A DNA stretch of 64,000 bases from Anthoceros angustus (taxonomy: Eukaryota; Plantae; Anthocerotophyta), in NCBI GenBank assembly GCA_010909165.1, contig VJWM01000025.1:620001-684000 (forward strand), read 5' to 3'. A program made the translations under genes and the position numbers. Below the pieces are notes generated by a model. It searched no databases. It saw nothing but the letters and a program-made list of their open reading frames with translations, and had not been told where the DNA came from. Shown here piece after piece: positions 11,678-22,106 of this stretch. Within the stretch, counting starts at the first letter, position 1. Each line of letters opens with the position of its first letter.

Positions 11678-14600
11678 CTACTGCCAGAGCTTGGGCGCTC
11701 CATGGAACCTGCTGCTACTGCCTTGGGCGGGTGGGGGCGTTTCTGCTGAATGCGTGACACCCTTATCTCGCCCTGATGCAGCTGAAGTCATCCTAGCTGT
11801 AGTTAGCTTTGCGCCGACATCTTCCAATATCTCATACAAAATGGCTGTTTGTTGGTGTTTGCAGTCATCCGCCAAAATACGTGCACCTGCTTGTCATGCT
11901 CGATCCAGCTCTGGCCAGGCTTCTTCCAGGAAACTGCCCTTTGCCTCAACTCATCCACCTTTCTCGCACAATCCAACATGCCAGCATCTAGATAAATGTT
12001 TGACATGAGGACATAGGCTGCTGCGTGTTCTGGATCTTCACCTACTGCTTCAGCGAAGGCCCGCTCTCCCAGTGAAACATTACCATGTTTTCGGCAGGCG
12101 CTCAGCAGGCACAACCAGACTGGCAAACCAGGCTGAATTGGCATCTGGGAGAGCAGCATTTCAGCTTTACTGAAGAGACCTGCTCGACCGACGAGGTCCA
12201 TTACACAAGCGTAATGTTCCGTGTCTGCAGAGATGCTGTATTCCCTGGTCATGGCTCCGAAGTACTCCAGTCCCCTATCGACTAGTCCAGCATGGCTGCA
12301 AGCAGACAGGAGGCCCAGGAAGGTGACTCTATCTGGTTTCAAGCCAGATTGTAACATGTGGCCATAGCACTGGATGCTCGTGTTGCAATCGCCCAGCCGG
12401 GCATAGCCTGCGAGAAGGGCATTCCATGAGATGACGTCAGGGCGAGATAGGAGTCGAAGACACGTTGGGCATCCACCATGCTCCCACACTTGCTGTACGC
12501 ATGAATGAGGCTGGTGGCAACAGGAAGACGGTACTCCAATCCATTGTCGAGAATGGCCTGGTGGGTCTGGACGCACATGTCTAATGCCCTGTGCTGCTGC
12601 ACGCTTGGAGGACTGACACAAAAGTAGCTTCCTGTGGCTTCATTCCCTCTGCTTGCATCTGGGCATACAGTTGCAAAGCCTTTCCTCCTTGCTCCTGGGC
12701 ATACGCTGCAATCATGACAGTCCACGACACAAGATCACGCTGAGACATCCTGTCAAACACCTGCTCTGCGTCTGTGATGCTCCCACACTTGGCATACATG
12801 TACACCAGAGTGCTGGCGACAAACATGTCTAAATCCAAATCCAGTCTTGCAGCTTCAGCGTGTATGTCTCTTCCCAGTTCAAGGTAATCCAGCTTCACAC
12901 TCTGCCCATCCTCAGATGACACCTTCTCCTTTTCTGCAGCGACTCCACAAGCATGGAGAGCACTGGCCAAGGTTCGCGCATCCGGCTTCACGCCCTCCTT
13001 CTGCATCTGTTTAAACACCTGGAAGGCCTTTCCTCCTGCGCCCTGCACAGCATACGCTGCGATCATGGCAGTCCATGACACCACACCTCGCCTGGGCAAT
13101 CGGTTGAAGACAAGTTCTGTGTCCTGAATGCTCCCACACTTTGCATACATACTAAGCAAAGTGTTGCAAACATAGATGTCAGAATCAAGCCCCATTCTGT
13201 AGCTCCTGCATGCAACTCCCTTCCCTCTCGCAGGGATGCCACTTTGACATCTTGCCCATGCACCAAGGTGCTTTTCTCTTTGCTGCAAGGCAGCCGCATG
13301 CATGAAGCGCACTTACAAATGTCTGCGCATCGGGCCTGCAGCCCTCCCTTTGCATCTGTCTGTAGACCTGCAAAGCTTTGTCTCCTTGGTCCTCCTCGGC
13401 ATATCCTCCTATCATGGCATTCCATGCCACCACATCACGCTTGTGCAAACTTTTAAACACCTCCTCAGCATCGTTGATGCTCCCGCACTTTGCATACATA
13501 CTAACCAGAATGCTACCAACAAACATGTTGGATTCAAAACCCCTTCCCGAACTCCAGCATGGATTTCCTTCCCCTTCTGCAAGGACTGTACTTTTACATT
13601 GCGGCTGTTCAGAGCTGCACTCTCCTCCTTTTCTGCAATGCTGCCACACGCTCGGAGGGCACTTACAAATGTTCGAGCATTTGGACTTATCCCCGTCTCT
13701 CGCATCTGCCGAAAGATCTGCAAAGCTCTTTCCCTCTGCTCTGTCGAGCATATGAAGACAGCATTGCATTCCATGAAACTACATTGCACTGAGCAAGTCC
13801 ATCAAATGCTTCCTCCGCATCAGCAAAGCTCCCACACTTTGCATACATACTCACCAGTGTGTTGCCAAGAAACTTGTCGGACACAAACCCTCTTCTGACA
13901 GCTTCAGCATGTAACTTTCTTCCCACTTTCAAGGCTTCCAGCTTCACTTTCTCCCCATCCACAAACGTGATTTCCTCCTTTTCTGCCATGCTGCCACATG
14001 CTTGAAGGGCACTGACAAACGTCCGTGCATCCGGCTTCACTCCAGCCTGATGCATCTCACGAAATGCCCTCATTGCCATTTCCCCATGTCCCTGCTGTGA
14101 GTATCCGGCAAGCATCACATTCCATGCCACCACGTCTCGCTGGGACAAGCCATCAAACACCTGCCGGGCATCCACTATGCTCCCACACTTGGCGTACATG
14201 TCAACCAAACTAATCCCAACAATCCCATCCGAGTCCAGCCCACATGCCACAACTTGAGCATGAATCCGCCTACCCTCCTCCAGGTCTTCCAATCTGCTGC
14301 ATGCCTTGAGTAAGCTGACAGCCCTGCCGTCTTCTTGCATACCCTGTAGGGTTGAAGAGCCTCCTGGCCCATGCCCTGCTGGGAATACCCTGCTATCATG
14401 GCATTCCATGTCACCACAACCTTCCGACCAAACCCATTGAACACTCTCTGGGCATCCTCTAAGCTGCCACACTTCGTATACTGACCAAACTGTTGGCTAC
14501 GAATGACAGCAGATTCATATCCTCGTTCCCTAAGTTGTGCATGAAGATGCTTCCCTACTCCAACGCCAGGTGCTTACACTTGCACACGCCTGCAGGAGAC

Positions 14601-15171
14601 ACAAAAGTCACAGAACCAGGTGCTACGATGCCTTCATACTGCATAGCACTGTGGAGACGAAGGGCCTCATCCCCATGCCCCGTTGGGAATACCCTCCTAT
14701 CATGGCATTCCAGGTTACTATATCTTTGTGACCAATTCCTTCAAAACTCTCTGCGCATTCTCCAGCTGCCACATGTCCACCAAGCCTGCTTGTCTTCTCC
14801 ATGTTTTAACATGCGCAGAGATGATGGCAGCCCACGTGAAGGCATCTGGATTGGACACCAGCTCAAACCCATCCTCGCGTCTTGCAACCTGCCATGAGAA
14901 GCATACATCGCAGGATGTGGAAGCCCAGGAACGTGTTTGACTGGTACCCGTTTCTCACAGCGAAAGCATGGACCCGGCTACCCAGAACAAGATCCCTGTT
15001 TACCACACATTTCTTCAGCACAGTATAAAGGAGAGATTTTGGAATACGACGGTCTGTCTGCACCATAGGTTCCAGAGACTCGACGGCCTGACTGAGATCA
15101 ACATTATGACATAGTTTGCTCACGGATTCAGCAGAAATGCCCCCATCGTCACGTGCAGGGCAACGACCCAT
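11678..15171 (-). CDS. Chimeric PLS-class PPR protein (B N-terminal motifs + A motifs, P2-L2-S2-E1-E2-E+, no DYW); putative organellar RNA-editing specificity factor; intactness uncertain
   Basis: Stitched ORFs 14863-15171, 13687-14472, 13185-13769, 12581-13312, 11803-12621 and 11678-11875 give P-L(L)-S triplets, E domain AAAYVLMSNIY, PG box WKKPGQSWIE, and E+ HVFLADDCKHQQTAILYEIL. Confidence 0.85.
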
Positions 15172-16045
15172 TCCTGCTTGCGCGCATCAGCCCAAGCTGG
15201 CTGGTGCAAACTGCTTAACCAGAGGACATCTTGTCACTGCCTATTCCAGCCGGAACATCCACCTGGACGGGCTGGCTCCCTTACAGAGGTGCTGCAACCA
15301 CCGAGTCCCACTGCCAGCACTTGTCTCCTTGAAGTCAGGCCAGCAGCAGATCTTCCTACAGCCCCTCAACCCACAACTTCGTTGGGTGCACATAAGCTGT
15401 GGCAACAACGGGTCCCCTTGCCCTCTGCGTGACTCCAACGCCACGCTCCGGACAACCATGGTTCACAGGAGCACAGGGTGCGCCTGTGGAAGCAGCAGGA
15501 GGCTGCCAGGAGTTGTGCATCCTTGCTTGCTTCACAGGATTTCGGTTGCTGGCAATATTTCAGAATCCGGGAGTTTTCCTCGTTTCTCACCTACAAGATG
15601 GCCTATACCAGACAGGCCCCATTACGGAGAAGGCACATCAGACATGATCTCTTGCCATGCTCCATTCGCATTGGCAGTGCACTGGAAACACAAGTTCCTC
15701 CATAACACTCCCTGTCCGAGCATCTTCTGCAAACTTGGCAGAGAATGATGGTGAAAAAGAATCACATTATGGGTAATGGAAGGCTATTTTTCTACCGGAG
15801 TTCAGAGTCCTCGAAGGGCAAGCCCCAAAGGCATGGTGCTTCAATACACACCTAACGTGGTCAGAGATGGTGTGAAGCTGCACCGTTGTTACCGTGGAAT
15901 CCATGACAATGAAACTACATGTCCAAGCTACAGCAACAGTGTCCTGATGCTAAAGCACAAGCCAAACATGTAGAATATTCGCTAGTGCAATCCCTCCAGG
16001 GATAATCTCTGAGAACAAAGGGAAGAACAGAAGGGGTTCATCTCA

Positions 16046-17010
16046 TCAGTACATGGGCTCCTCAGGATCCATCACACACCCAGGGTCAGGGTCCACCACA
16101 CATCCAGGGTTAGCCTCCGAGTTCTTAAGAGTTTCATCCACCTTGCTTTCTTCTTCTGGAAAAGCAACGCTAGCTCGAAGACCTTTTTGTTCGTGATACG
16201 CCCTCTTCCAGATCTCTGCCATCCAGTACTTGTGGCGAGCCTTGGCGCGATGCATCCGAGCTAGATACTTGGCCGTCAAACCCGCAGTGGGAAACTCTGC
16301 CTCCAAGTCCGCCAAGATTTGCTCCCGCAAGCACTCAAGATTGAACCTGGCGTGCGCATGCACGACTGCAGATGCTACCAGAGGACTAGTCCACCATATA
16401 AAGGGGTCTCTGTGGATGAATTGAAGATGACCAAATGGTCACCTCCAACACAAAGGGTCACTGAGTCACGTTCAGTAGGTGGAAGGGCCCTGCCGTCAAT
16501 GATCATCCACTGGTCGATCAACCTTAACGCTGAGCACTGTGAGATATTGTGCAGTGTAGTTTGTGCAGGAGCACCGGTGTACGTGCAAGCAAGCTTAGCG
16601 TCTCCTTCCGCACAAAGTCGCGACCCGAATGAGCCCCTGGGCTGGGGCCTTGCACCTCACAATTACGCAGAACACACGCATGAGGCCGATCGAGGCCACT
16701 ATATCCTCAACATGGCCATGATTTTCTCCATACGTTTCTGCCGCCCACCTCACTTCTGAGCAGGAGGAAAGAAGATTTTGAACCTCTAACACGACCTCGA
16801 ATAGATGTACATAGGTGCAGAGCACAAGCTTGCGCACAGGCTAATTCCCGCCGTTGTGATCCGGAAGGAAAGGGTCATACATCTGATGCCAAAGATCAAT
16901 AAAAAGTCTGCAAGCTTCCGTCCAAAATTTATGGCCAGCCTAGCGCTCACTATGCATGTGGTCTACGGAAGAAAGCTCGCGAACTGTACTGATACGTGAC
17001 TTCCTAAACT
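16046..17010 (-). pseudogene. Unidentified decayed ORF, copy 2
   Basis: ORFs 16595-16837 and 16046-16363. Copy of 5502-6470. Confidence 0.4.
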
Positions 17011-17014
17011 AGCC

Positions 17015-18298
17015 TTAATTCCAGCTGCCGAACTCCAGCCACGGATTCAGGCAGTGAAGGCTCTGCGTCACAAAACGCTTGTAGGGCCAGGAGGAAGCCA
17101 CCTCCAAGCCCCGGGTGTTCGTCGCAAATCGACAGCCATTATCTTATCGAGCCCCTCTCGCTTGATGTATACTTGCGAATCCTGCCCCCACGACCTTGAT
17201 ATCGATGTCCAGGTGGCTCGGGAAACGTCTGCCATGGAAACGAGGAAGCATGGAAGCGGGCATGGTGTCCAGCACCGTCCAGGCCATGCTCGCGAAATCC
17301 ATCTCCCAGATCTGCACAACAACTCCTTCCCCAGGACTACGCATAAGAACCGGGCCGTGGAAGATGTCCTCACCTAGGACCACGCATAGCAGCCGGTCGC
17401 GCACGTTGATGAGGTTGCACTGCGCGATGTGGAAACGGAGAGGCGTGGACACGGCCATCCATTTCCAGCTGGCCCGCTCCAGGTCGTACGCCAGCAAATT
17501 GTAGTTGTCGGTGATGCAGTACAGCACGGACCTCACAAACACCGTCTGCGCCTGCGATCCCTCACCACGCAGGCTTCTGTCAAACACCTCGTTCAGGGGC
17601 AAGGCGGTGGTAGTCACACTCCAGCTGCCCACCGCGGAATCGAACACGAAGGTGGGCACGGGTCTGCGCATGTCCATGTTATCCATCTTGTTGCGTGTAT
17701 CTTTGATGGCCACCAGCTTGAAGCAACGCGCCTTCACGTCAACGAACACGCCCAACACATCCTGGATCCACAGACCACCCGGGAGAGCCGGCAGCGAGGC
17801 CCAAGAGCGCGCCAACGGGTTGCCCAAGTGCGGGATGGTGACCACGTCCCGCGCCCCTGCGTACGCGCGCACCTTATTGTGGACAGCAGCAGGCCGCCGC
17901 CGCCCTTCCCGACCCGCAGCGCCCTCCATCATTTCCGGAACAGGCTGTGAAGCGTGGTGTTGCACCCGTAGCGGGAGTGGGAGTTGGTACCAACGGTTTG
18001 ATCCAGGGTCGTAGACGCCGGAGGGAAGCAGGAGGTGTGCTGAAGCCTACTACCAAGAGCAGACAGTCCAGCGCTCCCGCTCGCAATTCCAAGCGCTCCC
18101 GCAACAAGGAGGGCGACACGGCGGCCGCATTCCAGGCTCTGCACACCGCGCGCGTCCGCAACAAGCTCACCAGTGGCAGCCGAGCCTGAATCATGGTCTC
18201 AACGTCTCTAGGCAGCTCCAAGTCGCTGGATACAACGAATTCGTCATCTGCATCTGCATCCATCTCGGCCCTCGCACTCCGCCGTCTGCAATCACCAT
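17015..18298 (-). CDS. F-box/kelch-like protein, copy 2
   Basis: ORFs 17874-18263, 17144-17965 and 17068-17373. Near-identical to copy 1. Confidence 0.85.
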
Positions 18299-18659
18299 CA
18301 CCAGGGACCCTCGCTCAGCCTCCGGATCCGCCTGAGGACAACACACATACGCAGACCAACCTCTTAGACACTACCTATTGTGACAGGGTTCTAGGAGATA
18401 ATACCCACATCACACGACAGTAATTCGATCACGGAATTGATATATTGAATCACTATATATAGGCTCTGAATTTGCTATCATCTCGAGGACTATGCATTTA
18501 ATCTCGATACATAGATCGATGGGCCGATCTATCCCTGCTTACAAAATTCACTCTCTTATCAATCCCATCCCTTGAGATGATTGAATACATGAGCTGATCA
18601 TGCTTGTCACGGCGTGTGGTTGGGCTGATAATGTAGTCCATTTGATGGGTGCACCAGAC

Positions 18660-20050
18660 TTCATGTGCAAATTAGATCAGAACGACATGAGATGCAGATA
18701 GAGAAGGGTAACCTCGCGCAGAGACCACACGAGGGAGGCCAGCACGCCCAGGTGCCCTCCTCGCAGATGGAACGATTCCAAAAGTTGTCGAAAGGTCATC
18801 TTCACGGGTCTGTCTGCGATATCTTCAACCAGGGAGTACTTCGGTGTGTCCTTGGCTATGGGCGACAGCACTGATCCCTTCTTCCTCCGGCACTTGGGGC
18901 ACTGCAGCAGTTGCTGGGTTTTCAGCCTCCTTCATGATGACCTCTGGTCCAATCACATCAACCTCGCGTCGTTGTACTTTTGTCTTTCTCCGAGTTTCTC
19001 CCCTTCATCGATGGGCTCTTCATCTCGGAGCTTCTTGTCTTCGTCCACCACAGTTAGAATCCGTGTCCCTGGCATGCAGTCAGAGAACACTCCCTTACCG
19101 TTTCATCCCCAGATGATTTCTGTGCCATCGTAACAAGCTGTTGGTTGTTCTTGGCAGGTCCTGCATTGGGCTTCTTAGTGTTTTTATTTCCGGTGCCCTG
19201 CTGAGGAAACTTTGGGCTTGATCAGTGCGTGTGTCCGGTTTCCTTGCACTTGGTGCAGGCGCCCTTCACGCAATAGCCTGAAGGAGTGGATGCCCTTGGT
19301 GCAAGTAGCTTAAAACACATCATGGTACAAGTTGTTAAGTACCAAGTCCCATGACGGAAATCCGTCCTTAGTCGACTTAAATAAAATTCTTCTTCTTCTT
19401 CTTCTTAGCCCTTGGATAAAATGCAAGACTACTTTCTTTTGTTTCTCCCCTCATACCCCAACTTCTCATTTAGGACGCTCGTGCGGTCGATGTAGCTGAC
19501 TAGAGTCTCATGGTCATCTTAATACAGGTCCAGGAGTTGGTTGTGACAGTCCCAGAAAAGGTTGGACTCAGAACTTCACCACAAATGCACAACATATTCC
19601 TGACCAGTCAACCTGGTTAGAACCCTTCAACTTCTCGCACCATGCCTCAGCCCTTTCCTCTCAAGGAAGTGGGAAAGTACTTGAGGTGCGTCTTGAGCTA
19701 CCATGATCCTGACCTTCATAGCATTTTTGAAGCTCAACAGATGTTCATCAGGATCATCAGCAGGAGTTCAAAGCACTTTTATCTGATGACCTCGACATCC
19801 TATCTTTTCTAAGACTTGTCTAACTATACTCTCTATCTATTGGTGAGACCGTCTACCTTTGCCCACGAGCTCTGCGTACATTAGCCTGGTGGAGAGTCAA
19901 CCACAGCGCTTGGTAAGCCAGGGCATATGCTCAAAGCCAAGGGCATATGCTCAAAGCCAAAAGGTACGAGAAGCACTTGTTGTGGCACTGGTTTCTGCAC
20001 AGGCCTGATACGGATTGGCTGATGTTTCCTAGCTCATCCAGACTGCTTTG
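18660..20050 (-). mobile_element. Degenerate gypsy gag remnant, copy 2
   Basis: Copy of 8110-9550 with a private ~27-bp deletion near 19765. Confidence 0.65.
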
Positions 20051-22106
20051 ACTCGTGTCTCATTCTCACAAAATCATAATACCACGGGTGATGCAGGATG
20101 AACCCCTCCGGGAGTTGGGGAGGGTACGTACATTGCTTCACGTCCCAAGCCTCAGCAACGAGTCCCACCGGGAGTGCCAAGCTGTTGGATGTCGGGTAGG
20201 ACTTGTAGGCCAGCCTGCTCTCAGGCTGCCTAGCAGAAGTTATCGTTGTGGACCTAGCATTCGCGATGACACTGCGGCTAGGACCTACGCTCTTCCTCAA
20301 GATTGCTGGGACGACTTGAAACTCTACACTCCTGCACTCAAGATGACATGTAGGAGTGGTCAAATACTGTAAATGACGGATGGAATGTTGATAGATAGGG
20401 CAAGGAAAGGAGGGCCTGTGCCCCGCTGCTTGACCTTCAGCAAGTGTGATCTGCAGGCTGGTGGTGAAGACAAATACACAAAACCGACGTTAGCACAACT
20501 AAAACGAGGATTCCACAGCTGCAACGCATACTCAGTGCAACACTCAAACACAGGATGCCTTGCCTCGCAGGACTGACAAGAAGAGAGACAGGCCAGCAAT
20601 TGCCTTCTGCTTTAGTCATGGCCAAACGGCCTACATATTTATTTGGTGGCCTTGCTACCAAGATCCAAGCCTACAGCTAGGCTGGTAATCGCAACCTCCA
20701 CACAAAGTTGGACTGACCCCTATCGCTTCCGACTCTCATGGCCAACCCCTATGTTTGGAGAGGGTTTCAGGTTGGGTGGGCAGGCAGGGCGTGAGTAGCT
20801 TCACGCGGTTGCTCCTACAGTTACGATGAATTATTTCAGTTGATACATGGTGCTCACCCTGCTAGGGATCTTTGTCTTTTGGAGACAGTGACGGTTCATG
20901 CAAGCAGAGAGGGTTTGAAGACATCTGATCTCCCCGCATAAACTTAAGACTTGTCTTGGTCAATACTTGAGTCAGCACTTGGGAGAAGATTTCATGCATT
21001 TGGATGGCCAGGAGCCTTTCAAAGACTCACAGGAGTCCGCTTGTGCAGTCCTGCATTTGATCAGCGGTGCCCTGAATCGGATATCAGCTGCAATTGCATC
21101 TCGGCAGTCTTTCAGCTCTGGCTTCAATGTCTGAAAGTGGATTCTGTTGTAGGACAAGAATGTAATGTGGGCATGTGGGAAGAATCCAAATCAGTTCAAG
21201 GAAACAATCCAGTGCACTTTGAATGTCGCCGCCAAATCATGTCCCTCTCCCGATATCCGTTTACTCAGATTTGAATCTCCCACTACATTTTGCACCGGCA
21301 GCAAGAACAATACGGTGGCTCCCGATTTGCGGTTGTGAGAGCTGATGAGCAGTTTGTTTGCGCCCATCAGCCAGTCGCTGTTTATGTATGGAGATCATCG
21401 GACTGCGATGGCTGCTCACCCATATCAACCACAGTCCACACCGAAACTACGGGAAGCGACGCCATTGGCATCAGTGTTCCCTAAGGCATCTACTCTGAAG
21501 ATTTTCATGAAGCTGAAGCACGGACGAAATCATAGCACTTCAAAACCAGGACAATGTGGCATATGTGGCTTGATCATACCCTCTTCCGCCATGGAATTTC
21601 CTGGTTCTGGAATTGTGAGCTGTCAATCTTTGACGTCTGATGTTTTCGCTTTGCGCAGCACACATTTAAATAAGGAGGAACTTTGGAACGCAGCAGTTTG
21701 GGTAGCGGCGAGGAGGCACCTTCCAAGCAGTCAAAAGAGAGCGAGGGGTGGGAAATTGTTTTGTTCAGGCTTGCATTGCAATGGGCACGCAGATTTGTTC
21801 TCCCATGATTCTATCACGGCACCTCTCCAGACACAGACAAGGAAAGGCAGTTGCCCATCACTACGTCATCCAGATCCCTTCGTCAGCGAGTGCAGCGCGC
21901 AGGCCTTCAGAAGACAAGCAAAGAGAACATGGTCAGCCAGAGTCAGCTCCTCCAGACAGGCGTCATGCTTGTCTTCTAATAAAGGTGATAGCGGTAATAC
22001 GAATTCCCAAACCCCGGTGACGTAGTTTCGCTCTGAAGTGCCGCTGATCGAGAGCAGGACGGCCATCAGCGCACGGCAGGTGGGACTTCTTAGCTCTTAG
22101 AGTAGC

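Larger units (their letters stand above)
3770..14320. repeat. Tandem array unit 1 (10,551 bp)
   Basis: Near-identical to 14321-24829 along its whole length. Junction GTAAGCTGA(C/T)A|GCCCTGCC at 3769/3770, 14320/14321 and 24829/24830. Confidence 0.95.

Noticed and set aside
4575-11757. Pack-type transposon bounded by the 26-bp inverted repeats and carrying the F-box gene
   Set aside because: No TSD at the putative ends (GCT vs ACA), no CACTA/MULE terminal signature, and one repeat lies in PPR coding sequence.
11600-11800. Degenerate DYW deaminase after E+ (THSAET)
   Set aside because: No HxE(x)nCxxC or terminal DYW/GRP-type motif in any frame. The sequence overlaps the 26-bp inverted-repeat element instead.
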